Source: Felis catus
Taxonomy: Eukaryota
Direction of reading: 5' to 3'
Length of the DNA: 64,000 bases
NCBI RefSeq assembly: GCF_018350175.1
Contig: NC_058368.1
Location: forward strand, 209,376,001-209,440,000
A program made the position numbers and the translations under genes. The notes below the pieces were generated by a model. The model had not been told where the DNA came from, searched no databases, and saw only the letters and a program-made list of their open reading frames with translations. Shown here piece after piece: positions 24,289 through 36,540 of the stretch (its first letter is position 1; the number at the start of each line of letters is the position of its first letter).

Positions 24289-24542
24289 ATATGCTGAAGC
24301 CAGATTGCCGATTCAAAGAGCAGAGCTCAAAGTCATCTGCCGCAGAGGAGTATCTGCTATGGGAGCTACTGCGGGATGTCTCTGCGGCTCGTCCCGCACA
24401 GAGTTCTGCAGCTCGCCGGCTAGAGCATCTTACGTCTAAGCTTCAGAAAATTGATGAACAACTGTTAGCAATAGAGAACATTGCTGAAAACATAGAACGG
24501 GATTGCCCCAGACAAAAAGTGCTAGATCGACATTGTGATAAG
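24289..24542 (+). CDS. CPLANE1: CPLANE1 exon (DMLKPDCRFKEQ...LEHLTSKLQKIDEQLLAIENIAENIE...HCDK)
   Basis: atttAG acceptor, AAG|GTAGAC donor; coiled-coil-like KLQKIDEQLLAI recognisable. Confidence 0.95.
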
Positions 24543-24671
24543 GTAGACTGTCTTTTATTTTAGCTATTTGTTTGTTACTGAGTTATTAGATTTTGGTGTG
24601 ATGTAAGTTTGGACATTTGATTTTTCAAAATAATGGGAAATTAATTAATTAATTAATTAATTTTTTGAAAT

Positions 24672-24841
24672 TAGGGTTTCTCAACCTCAGCATGGCTGAC
24701 ATTTGGGCCAGATAACTCTTTGTTGTAGGAGGCCGTCCTGTGCATTGTAGGATGTTTAGTAGCATAATAATAATAACAATGTCTTCAGATGTTGCCAAAT
24801 GTTCTTTGGGTGGCAAAATCACCCCCAGTTGAGAACCACTG
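24672..24841. mobile_element. MER20 (hAT-Charlie MITE), internally deleted
   Basis: gtttctcaacctcagca...gacatttgggccagataa...cctgtgcattgtaggatgtttag...cccagttgagaaccactg. Confidence 0.8.
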
Positions 24842-25699
24842 CCTTAAACTTTTAAGAAGTGAACCAGTGCTTCCTACCATGAAAAGAAATAGTTGAATTA
24901 GAAAACAAGAATGTGGTTTTAAATGAACCCTCCCCTTAATTACCATTTTCTTCAGCAAGATTTTTTTTTAACTTTACAAATATTGTTGTCTTTATATTTG
25001 GAATTCTCGGTTTCTTTTAAATATTTTATACAATGGGAATAGTAGTCCTTAGATGGTTTCTGTATCTTTAAAAAATACTCATGAGAAAGAGATTATTTAT
25101 GTGTATTATCATGGTAGTTAGACAAATAGAAAGGAAGTCTTAAACATGAATTAACTCTTTTGCACAAACTTTTTTTTTTAGGAAGTAAAATTCACATAAA
25201 ATAAAGATTAAGGAACTAACAGTAAAAATATTTTGAGTGTGTAAAAGCCTTGTATTGGGAAATGCAAATTGGTCTGCAGGATAAGAATTCCATCACTGAC
25301 TTACCTAACAAATATTCCAGATTGCTAGCAGGTTGAGATTTTAAAAGATGTATTTATTAGGTTTATAGTATTTCTTTAATTCAAACATTTAACACGTATT
25401 AAGATTAAACATATGTGAAATTACACTGAAAAAATATGAGGTAGGGCTACTATTAAGTAACATTATTATGGTGTTTATTTGGTTGTTTTCCTTTTTGTTT
25501 TTTTAACCCAGACTTAAATATATCACTTCAAAATGAGTGTTAAGTTTCAGAGTCATCTTTGGAACTCCTTATTTCAAGGAATCACTTTCAAAGTTGCTTT
25601 ATGTCTTAGTATATTAAGCATATCTAAAGCCAAATATGTTACCTAGCCTTGAATCCAGACTTAATCCTGGCTTGCTCCAGAGTCCAAGAGTTTGTTCCT

Positions 25700-27000
25700 T
25701 CAGTAAACATTGAGCTTCTGCTATATGCTGGGCCATGTGCTAAGTTGTGGGAATGGAAAGATAAACAAGGCATACATAGTCACTACTCTCAAGCAGCTTA
25801 GAATCTAACAAAGGAAGACAGATGTATACTCCAGTATATGCGTATGAACAGGGTGCAGCGAGAACAGTATGGGACACACGACCTGTTGTGACTAGAGAAG
25901 TGAGTGAGTGAAGGGGTGGCACCAGAGAAGGCTCTGTAGAGCTTACTCTTGAGCTGATAATGAATTGATATTCATCAGTGATATAAGGAAAGGCTGATGG
26001 GACATTGTGAGGTAGAGGTTGATGGTACTGGGCTTTAAGACATCTGGCAGTAGAGGTAGGTAGGGGCAGCTAAGGCATGATGGAAAGTATTGTTTTCCAT
26101 GTCAAATGATTAGGATTTTATCCCATAAATAGGCAGTAGGAAACCACTGAAGAATTTTAAGCAGTGAAATGATATGATCAGATACTCTGGCAGCAGTGTG
26201 GAGGGGAGATTGGAGAGGATAAGACTGAGAACAGGGAGATCAGTTGGGTCACAGTGGTTCTAAACTGACTCATTAGAGTCATCTTGGGGAACTTGTTAGA
26301 ATTGCAAACTTATGGCCTCATACCCCTGAGATTCTGATTTTAAGTAATCCTAGGGTGGGACCCAGGAATTTGTGTTATTAGTTAGCTTCAAAAATGATTC
26401 TTATGTAGCTAGCTCTGTAATTTTTGTAGTTAGCTCTATACTGGGTTTACTGATTGATGCTTGAGATCCACTGAATACCAAGCCAAGAAGTAACAATAAC
26501 CTGAACTTTAGCATTGAGGATGAAGGAAAGGATGTTGCAGGACTCAGAGGGTGATCGGTTGTGGGAAGGTGAAGAATAGAAAGATCACAATGGTGTCCAG
26601 ATTTTGAGCCTGGAGTCATTTTCCAAACTAGGGAAGAAGTGGTATGTGTGTTTTGGGAGGAGGGAGGCACAGTGATTTCAGTCAGAAACATGTTAAATTT
26701 GAGGTGCTGTGAGATTAGTAGGCAGTTGGATATATGCTTCTGGAGCTTAGGAGCTAGATTTGGGTTGATGGTACAGATTTTAGAGTCCTTAGGAGGAAGT
26801 TCAAATCATGATAGGGCATTCACCCAGAGAGAGTACACTGAATGAGGAGTAAAAGAGGATAAAGGGCAGAATTTTGTGGGTGCACAAACTTTTAAAGATG
26901 AAGATTCAACCACAAAGCTTGAGAAGGAGCATTCTGAGGTAGTAAGAGACTCAGGAGAAAGCAAGCCAAAGGAAGAGTTTCGAGAAGGAATTTCCACATA
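25700..27000. mobile_element. L2-like relic with a MER5-like insert (about 26252-26410)
   Basis: aacattgagc...ctatatgctggg and ggaaaccactgaagaattttaagcag motifs typical of L2. Confidence 0.55.
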
Positions 27001-27984
27001 TCTGGATCCACTACATAAAAGGACAGATGTGTAAGTCGTGATCTTTTTCAAAATATACATGGCAGGCCTACTGAATCTGGGGTGGTAGGGTATGGACAGA
27101 GGAAGGGGCAGTGGCTTGGCAAGGGGAAGGGTGCAGATCACACACATGTATTTTGAAAAAGTTCCTAAAAATTCTGTAACCGCTCCCCTCTCGGCCCAAG
27201 CCTTTTTTAACATTGGAGGACAGGGATTGTGCCTTTTACTTGGCACATGACAGGCATTTGATGAATGTTTATTTAATGGCTATCTTTGCTCTCTCAGTTT
27301 TAGATTCTGACAGTAATAAAATCACATTTATATAATAAAGACTTATCACCAGAACAGTTAATAATAATTGTAGCACATGCCTGGAAGACAATTTCAAAGG
27401 AAGAGAGGTTGCTCAAACTCCAAAAGTGTTTAGTCTGCTAAGGTGACTACTTTGAAGGAGCTAGCACTAATTTAAATGAAACGTTGGGCATATTGTTTTA
27501 AAATATTCTCATCCTGTTGTAATGTACACATAAATACAGAGGTTTTGACTTGTGTATTTTAATTAATAGAACAGACTGTAAGCCTGGAAGAGGCAGAGGG
27601 ATACTTCTGCACAAGTGCTGACTAGGGGCTTTGAAGACCTAGGTTGAGATCCATATTCTGCCACTAAGAAAGTCACTCAATTTCTTTGGGCCCTCTTCTC
27701 TCATCTGTAAAATGAAGGTTTTGTCTAAGTGGTAATTAACATTCCTCCCCAGTCTAAAATTATGTGATGCTGTTTTCCTTAGGAAAGGTTAAATCATTTA
27801 GACTACAAATAGATAAAAATTTCCTTCTCTTTATGTGTCCCACCATTTAGCTCTTACTGGATGTAATCCCATTTCTTTCACTTGTTCCCTTAATATTTAA
27901 AATGTACATAAAATTATTTAACAGTGTTGTGAAATTATCAAACTAAAATTTTCAAGTTATTTTTTTGTATGTGTTTTTCTACAG

Positions 27985-28069
27985 GGTACATCCTTAGACC
28001 ATATTGAATTGTCCTCTGGTCTTGAATTTGAAAAAACATCTGCTTCAAAAGCCACTGGTATTTCGGAAG
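27985..28069 (+). CDS. CPLANE1: CPLANE1 exon (GTSLDHIELSSGLEFEKTSASKATGISE)
   Basis: ttctacAG acceptor, AAG|GTTTGT donor, 85 nt, phase 0/1. Confidence 0.9.
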
Positions 28070-28565
28070 GTTTGTGTGTGTGGTGGGGGGAGGGGGGGCC
28101 TGACCTTGCTCTGAAAGGGGAAGCATTGCCCTTGGGAGTGCCAGAATTGGGGACAGTTTTCATTTGTGAGCTGAAGCCATCAGTCCCCTAATTGTTAGAT
28201 TAGGTATTTTTGTGATCATGTGATTGGCTCCCACCCATGCCATTTTTTCCTGAGAAGCCAGTGCTGTAAACTCCTAGAGTGGGGTAGCACCAGCCACACA
28301 CTCACTGAGGTTGCTCACAGCTTTGTGCTGTGGTTGCTCTTTGTCCCTGGTCATCTGCAGAACTGGAATTTGAGGTTCTGATTAAATGGCCAGGCAGTGG
28401 TGAGATGGTATGTTTTTGCATTTCTCATTGAAATAATGAAACGAGGGTACTTAAAAACTTTTCTACTATATCTATAGTTGTTATCCTTACACTGTCTTTC
28501 ATTCAGTCTTGTCAGCAATGTAATGCATTTTTTAAAAACAGGCTTTGGTTTGTTGATTCTGTTTA

Positions 28566-31310
28566 ATTTTTTTTTAATGTTTATTTTTGAGAGAGAGAGA
28601 GTGCAAGTGGGGGAAGGGCAGAGAGAGGGGGACAGAGAATCCCAAGGAGGCTCTGTGCTGACAGCAGAGAAGCCCAATGCGGGGCTCAAACTCATGAACT
28701 GTGAGAGTATGACCTGAGCTGAAACCAAGAGTTGAATGCTTAACTGACCGAGCCACCCAGGCGCTCCTAATTTTCTTTTTCATAAATTTCTATTCTTAGC
28801 TTTATGATTTCTTCTGTTTTTGAGGGCTTAACCTGTTGACTTTTTCCTAACTTCATTCTTTATCTTTTTCTAATGTGTGCATTTGAAGCTGAACGTGTTC
28901 TTGTAAGGACCCAGACAGGAGTGTTGATATGAACCACGTTTTGGTGTTGTTCAGATCTAAGTAGTTTGTAATTTGTATTAATATGTCTTCTTTAGGGACA
29001 TCTGGGTGGCTTACTCTGTTAAGTGTTCAACTCTTGGTTTTGGCTGAGGTAATGATCTCACAGTTCGCTTGGGTCTCCATGCTGACAGCACAGAGCCTTC
29101 TTGGTATCTCTCTCTCCCGCTCTCTTTCCTCCTCTCTCTCCCTCTCTCTGCTTCTCCCCCACTTCTGCTCACTCACTCTCTCAAAATAAATAAATAAACT
29201 TAGAAAAAAAAATATCTTCTTTAGTTTGTAAAAGGGATTTTTAGATTCTCAATATTATGGGGTTAGGGCTATATTTTTAATTTATTTACATTTTCATTGT
29301 ATTATGTTTGTTTGAGAGAGTAAGCACACACATGCAGGGGAGGAGCAGAGGGAGAGAGGGGAGCAGAGAGAGAGGATCTTGAGCAGGCTCCATGCCCAGT
29401 TTGTGATCTCTCACAAACTGTGAGATCCTGACCTGAGCTGAAAAATAAAGAGTAAGATGCTTACCCAACTGAGCTACCCAGGTGCCCCTGGAATTTTCTC
29501 TTTATTTTTGGCTTATTTTATATTTTTGATACAAGTGTGTCTCAGTGTATACATTTTAAAAATTTATTCTATATGGGAGAGGAATGATTCTTTAAGTTGC
29601 AGGTTTAATGTTGGTTATTTTTCATCCATTTCCTTTTGGAGTATTGCTTCCTCCCCATTCTTTCTGTTCTGTTTTCTAAAACACCAGCTATTTGGACCCT
29701 CTCGCTTTATTCTGTCTCTTAACTATTAATTGCCATCTTTTTATCTCTCAGTGATATACTCAGGGTGATGTCATCCAATCTGTCTTTTAGTTTACTAATT
29801 CTCTCTTCCGTGTCTTCTTTGCTGTAGGATTTAATTTTTTTTTTTTACTGCATTCTTAATGTCTACAGGTTCTGTTTATTTCTTTTTCAAATCTATCTGT
29901 TTGCTGGATGTACTATCCTGTTCTTTTATTATGGTTTCTATGCCCTTTTATCTACTTAATGATTTTAGTAATATTTTATGCCCTTTCATACTCTTTTACC
30001 TCATGTGTGCATATTCTCAGTAGTCAAATCTGCATACTGCTCTCTTTCATGGTTGTTTCTTTGTGTGATTTGTAATTAAAAAAAATTTTTTTTAACGTTT
30101 TTATTTTTGGGGTAGAGAGAGAGAGAGAGAGAGAGCAAGCAGGGGAGGGGCAGACACAGAATCTGAAATAAGCTCCAGACTCTGAGTTGTCAGCACAGCG
30201 CCTGGCGTGGGGCTCAAACCCACAAACCATGAGATCATGACCTGAACCAAAGTTGGACGCTTAAATGACTGAGCCACCCAGGCACCCCTGTAATTTTTTT
30301 TTTTTTTTTTTTTTTTTTTGTCATGAACTTATCTTTAGAAGAGTTCTGCTGGGTTGTATACACTTGTCTTTGAAGTGGTTTTGTATTTGCTTCTTGCTAT
30401 CTGCTGAAGTAGAAAGAGTTTGGGGAACAAGTTTTCCTATACATTTCTGGGCTTGGAGTCGCTTTACTACATAGATGGTATAAATTCAGATCCCATACCT
30501 GCTTGTGGCAAGACAGAGGTTTTGATTTCTCAGAGTTGACTTATTTTTCTCCCATCTACCATTCAGGAAGATAGAAAACTTCTTTGCTGCTTCTCCATGG
30601 TTTTTCTTATCCTCATTTTATGGACAGACCTGTCCTTCAGTGCTCTAGGCCATGTGAAGGTAGCTCAGTTCTCCCCACAGCTGATGGCAGAAACCACATC
30701 TCCTGTTTCTCTACGGACTATCCCAGCATCCTTCTCCATATATTGCCCAGCTTTGATTCCTTTTTCTTTTCCGGCACTGGGGGATTTCTTTATTTACAGG
30801 GCTTGTTTGCATATTAATCTATTTTATTTTTTAATTCCTTTTAAGTGGGCTCCATGCCCAATGTGGGAGTTGAACTCACAACCGCATGACCTTGAGATGA
30901 GGAGTCACATGCTCTACTGACTAAGCCAGCCAGTGTCCCTAATCTTTTTTTTTTTTTTTTTAATTTAGCATTTCTTCTGTGTTTTTATAACAGGGTATGA
31001 ACCTGTCCACTTCAGCTCAGTCTGCCATGTTTTCTGAAACTGATAATAAACTTAACAGTTTTGGGGTGCCTGGGTGGCTTAATTGGTTAAGTGTCCAGTT
31101 CTTGATTTCAGTGCAGGCCATGATCTCATGGTTCGTGAGTTCAAGTCCTGCAACAGGCTCTGCTCTGACAACACAGAGCCTGCTTGGGATTCTCTCTCAC
31201 ACTCTCTCTCTGCCCATTCCCTGCTCACATTCTCTCTCTCTCCTTTCTCTCTTTTGCTCTCTCTCAAAATAAATAAACTTTAAAAAAATAATAAACTTAA
31301 TTAAAAAAAA
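28566..31310. mobile_element. SINE-rich intron: copies at about 28566-28767(-), 28995-29212(+), 29310-29489(-), 30076-30288(-), 30830-30939(-), 31063-31310(+)
   Basis: repeated gggtggctcag/ctgagccaccc heads and tails. Confidence 0.8.
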
Positions 31311-31497
31311 TAAGCATAATTTTTTTTACTATGAGAGAGGTTAAGTTTTAAATATATTCAATTATATCATTATATAGTGGAAAGTTATCAAAATAATACG
31401 TTGTAAACTTCTATCTGTTGCCATGTAAAAGGGTTAACTAAGCGTTGTATCCTTTTTCCCTGTGCTTTCTTTCTTCTACTATTTTCCTTTGGATTAG

Positions 31498-31662
31498 CAC
31501 ATTTCCTGACTCATAGGAATGAGGAGGATCAAAGTGACAAAGAGGAGATTTCAGAAGCTGAATTTTCAGTAACAGAAACTCATTCTAGTCAGAAAACCTG
31601 TGTACTTCCTTCTGCTGATTCAGCGGTCAGCCTTTTCAGTGGCCAGAGTACAACTTCTCCTG
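31498..31662 (+). CDS. CPLANE1: CPLANE1 exon ([20 protein letters not shown]...[14 protein letters not shown]...TTSP)
   Basis: long pyrimidine tract plus gattAG; CTG|GTATTG donor; 165 nt, phase 1/1. Confidence 0.91.
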
Positions 31663-34518
31663 GTATTGTTCTTCCCTTTTTTTGTTTACACTCTTATCTT
31701 CCAATACACTATTGCTGAAGAGTGTTTATTGGGAACACAGTTGTGAAGGATTTGTGAAGCTATTTTGCAATATTTATAAATTTCGGGGCAAGGGAAGTTA
31801 CAATTTGTACCATTTATTGAAGAACTGTATTGTCATCTTCATTAGATATTGCAAGGATATATCTCTAACAAGATATAATGTATGATTAGATATCTCCAAG
31901 TTATTTTAAAAAATGTTAAGTGTATAGCAACTGGAATTACTGTACTATCCGATTTTTACAAAAATTGAGAAATTCAAACCCTGCCAACATTGAGAACCTT
32001 GAGTTTTAATTATGAAAACAAAACAACAGCTGTAGTGTATTGAGCCTCTGCTGGGTCCCCGATATTGCTGTGTTACATGCATTGACCCTGGTGTAAGCCT
32101 AACCTGTGAGGTAGATGCCATTATTGTCCCCGTTTTACAGTGGAGGATATTGAGACGTAGAACTAAGTTTAGTGCTATTTTTCTGTTTCATTTGGAGCTG
32201 GCAGTTAAAATGCTATTGTTTAGTCCTAACAAATACATTTTGTCATATGAATAATAGGTCATACTAAATATAACACTTGGGCTACTGATAGTGGCTTTGA
32301 AATATATATTTTTTAGCCCTTAGCTATGGATGGTCAAAAATGACGAATTTACTGAGGGTTTATAGTATATTTTATTATCATTTTTAAAGTTAATACAAGC
32401 AGTAAAAATGCTATTTAAAAAAACTGTTGTGTAAGGTTTATTTATTTATTTTGAGAGAGAGAGAGAGAGTTGGGGAAGGACACAGAGAGAGTGAGACAGA
32501 GAATCCCAAGCAGGCTCCATGCTGTCAGCACAGAGCCCGACATGGGGCTTGAACCCATGAGCCATGAGACCATGACCTGAGCCAAAATCAAGAATCAAAA
32601 GCTCAATCAGCTGAGCCACCCAGGCTCCCCAACGATGGTATTTTTAAATGACATTGCTGTTATTTAAATAAAACTATTAAGAATCTGGCTTTAAGTCCTG
32701 TAATTTTTTTCTCTAAGTTCTTTGTAGATTCCATTTGTGTTTTAGTCATCACAGGGAGACAATCATTTCTGCTTCACCAGGTTGTTGTGAAGATTGACTA
32801 TTGTATATAAAGCACCGAGCTGTGAACCTGATTCCTCTAGGGTCTCCGTCATCGGCAGCTTTTCTCTCCCCACTTAAGGGGAGAGTTGACAAATGACGTT
32901 ACGGAGGTTGCAGAGAGTTCTGACTGTATGTGAGAAGCATAAACTCCATTTTATCCCAGGGAATCACTGGAGAATTCTGAGCAGAAAAGTATAATGAGGG
33001 GGTTTTGAGAAAGACTAGAATGGAGGCAGAGATCCTTTGGTGAGCTGTTAAATTCGTCTGGCCTGTGAAACAGTGAGAACCTGGGCAGTGTGTGAGAAAG
33101 CGAGAGACATTCTGAATAGGCAACTGCTGTCACTAAGTGGATAAAAGAGGAGAAGGAGAAAATGAATGGCTACTTTGTGTTGTTAGGCTATAGGAATGAG
33201 GATATCCTAGCTCTGATGTCAAATTCGAGAGCACCTGTAGACCAAATGTAATAGTTGAATGTGATGCTGGGGTATATAAATGGCCATATTTAGGATCCAG
33301 TTTTTTATAGGAAGTGGAACTTGATGAGAGGTTTAAACCTGAAAAACAGATGTAAGAGCCTTTTATATAATTATATAGTTAAGAATTAGTGCATCTGTTA
33401 TCACCAAGCAATATGGAAAAAGGGAAAATGCCAAAGAGCAACCTGTGAAATGTCACCCTGTAGAGAGTAAGGGGAGCCTCCCAGTGAGGGACATGGACAA
33501 GTAGACTCTGGTGAGGGATTTTCAAGAAGTAGTAAGTGGCTAACAGTTTCACAAGAATCCATAAAGTCAAGAATAAAGATTGAATTTGTTAAGGACATTG
33601 GGTACTTTCAATATAATATGAAGAGTAGAAGAAAGCTGGCTGGGGATAGAGATAGGCTCAAGAAGCTGTAAGTAAAGACTACTTAAGAATTCTGATATTA
33701 AAAGGAAGTAGAAAAATAAGATAAGAGAAATGAAGTCAAAGATCATTTCAAGATGGGGATAAAGACAAAATCTTTAATATTTAAAGGAAGAAGAAAAGAA
33801 AGTAGGAAAAGTGAGATGGAAAGTACCAGGTTGGGGAGGTGATTCATTCAGGATTGTAATAGCTTCTTAAGTTAGGAAGTGAGAGAAGAAAGGAGAAATG
33901 TCAGTAAATGGCATAACACATATAAAGATGGATAATTAAAATGTTTTCCTCTAGTATTCAATATCTAATGTAAATTAAAAAGGAAACCAAATTATTTTTT
34001 AGAGTACAGAATTTAGATGCCCTAATGGGTGTTTTCTCTTCCAAAATTGGCATCTTAGAAGGATAGATAGTCACTCACTTACTTCTAATGCTCAAAACCA
34101 GCTTAGATTTTCTCCTTTGAAATTGACTTCTGTTTCTTAGCACATTCTTGTGGGTTTTTAAAAAAAATTTGCCAGAGAGAGAGCACAAGTAGGGAATGGG
34201 GCGGGGTGGGTGGGGGGAGAACAGAGGATCCAAAATGGGCTCCGTGCTTATAGCAGAGAGCCCGATGCAGGACTCAAACTCTACAAACTGCAAGATCATG
34301 ACCTAAGCTGAAATCAAGAGTTGGATGCTTAACGACTGAGCCATCCAGGTGCCCTTCTTGTGATTGATCTTAACGGTGGCAAATAATTTACTCACTGAAA
34401 ACAGATTTAAGTTTTGGAAATAGCTACAAGATTTCCAGAGGCATTTCTGAGAAATGAGATAGATAATCAGGCTGAGAGTCACTGTTTGGAATTAAAAAAA
34501 AAAAAAAAAAAAAAAGGA

Positions 34519-34737
34519 GGGGCGCCTGGGTGGCGCAGTCGGTTAAGCGTCCGACTTCAGCCAGGTCACGATCTCGCGGTCCGTGAGTTCGAGCCCCGCG
34601 TCAGGCTCTGGGCTGATGGCTCAGAGCCTGGAGCCTGTTTCCGATTCTGTGTCTCCCTCTCTCTCTGCCCCTCCCCCGTTCATGCTCTGTCTCTCTCTGT
34701 CCCAAAAATAAACGTTGAAAAAAATAAAAAAATAAAG
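34519..34737 (+). mobile_element. young SINEC_Fc
   Basis: ggggcgcctgggtggcgcagtcggttaagcgtccgacttcagccaggtcacgatctcgcggtccgtgagttcgagcc with CpGs intact. Confidence 0.95.
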
Positions 34738-35407
34738 GAACTGTGATTTTCAAGGAATAAAGCTGATCTGTGTGTTCAGTAAATTATGAAGGCAGTCTCA
34801 TAGAAGAGTTCCAAAACTGGTTTGAAAATGAACTAAGGATCAAATCATCCTGTGTAACTACTATGAAAAGGTATTTATTTGGATATAACACTTTTCTGCC
34901 CTTTGATTAAAGGAATCAGAAAAGAAATTTATAGTTATGATCTCATGGTTCAGGAGTTTGAGCCCTGCATTGGGATCCTCTGGTCCCCCCGCCACCGCCC
35001 CTCCTCACTTGCACTCTCTCTCTCTCTCAAAAATAAAACATCTTAAAAAATTAGATATTCTCCCAAATGTATTACTTTTAGATCACCAGAGCTTTTTTGT
35101 TTTTTGTTTTAGTAAATTGCACTTCAGTATTTTAAACTGTGTAGTAAGCAAAGGACTGTACTTCCTAAAGTATATTATTCCAAGTACTCTGGATAGAAAA
35201 GCAATAATCTGAAAATGCAGAGAGTATTCACTACCAAATAGCTTATTCAAGAGGGGGATAAGAATACTACACATATGTATCTTTAAACCTATTTGGAGGT
35301 TTAAATATATTTCAATTTCTGGTTATATAATTTCTAAATCGGATTAAGAGATGAAAGTAAAAAGATAACTGACATAAAATTTTTATTAATCATGTTTCTT
35401 TTTTTAG

Positions 35408-35438
35408 GTGTGAATAACAGTGATGAGTTATTCGAGAG
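35408..35438 (+). CDS. CPLANE1: CPLANE1 31-nt microexon (GVNNSDELFES)
   Basis: ttttttAG acceptor, GAG|GTAAAT donor; phase 1/2 required to join its neighbours; resembles recalled human GMNSSDELCES. Confidence 0.9.
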
Positions 35439-35974
35439 GTAAATATCTTAAGAATTAATTCACAATTTTACTTGAAGTTGGGCATAAACTGAGTGGAAAA
35501 CTTTGTTGTTCATGTGTATGTGAGCTGCTACACTACATATTTTTTCATGGACTCTAGAAATATAATTAATTTTCACTGAGAATGGAATGTTTTAAGAAGC
35601 TGAGGTTTACTATATTACATCCTTTACTGTTTTAGCATAAGGAATTAGAATATAATAGACTGCATTTGCTACATTTCTTTAACTGCCTATATATTCAGCA
35701 GGCAGGACGGGTAGAACTGATCTCCTGAGCCTTATGTTCACTTTTTTAAGAGCCCCTAAGAAGTCACCAATTATTAATGATTAGACTTTTGCACTGAGGA
35801 TTACTGGAAAGTAGAAGGAACATTAGTTCTAGGTTTATGATTTTGGTGTTTGTTTATGCTCTTGGAAGGCATAGTTCTACATGTTCATTTTTTAAACTGT
35901 ACATGTTCATTTTTGATTAATGTAATTAAGTTATAGATACTGACTTATATTTCTCAAATTGCATTTGAAAATGA

Positions 35975-36109
<135 letters not shown>

Positions 36110-36540
36110 TAATAATTGAATAATTCATTTTTAACCCATTTAAAATGTTTATGGTTCAAGAATATGGTTCAAAATTAGTCATATTTTATTTTTAATTTTT
36201 TTAATGTTTATTTTTGAGAGAGAGAGCAAGCAAGCATGAGTGGGGGAGGGTCAGAGGGAGAGGGCGAGAGAGAATCTGAAGCAGGCTCCACGCTGCCAGT
36301 GCAGAGCCCCATGTGGTGCTCAAACCCACAGACCATGATATCATGACCTGAGCTGAAATCAGGAGTTGGTGGCTCAGCTGACTGAGCCACACAGGTATCC
36401 GCAAAATTTGCCATATTTTAATGTGCTGTTTGTGTGCCACTCCTTCCCTTTCCCAACAGTAGACAGACTTGTGTATTTAATACAGCAGCACATCTGTGTC
36501 CTCTGAGTTTTCCCAAGGTCTCATCACTTTATTTTTGTTG

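Noticed and set aside
34519..34600. tRNA gene (A and B boxes present)
   Set aside because: tRNA-derived SINE head followed by (CT)n and an A-tail; no complete cloverleaf
34414..34746. Recurrent ORFs of the type GAPGWRSRLSVRLQPGHDLAVREFEPRV or MAQSVKRLTSAQVMIS
   Set aside because: SINE translations found at many copies; not genes
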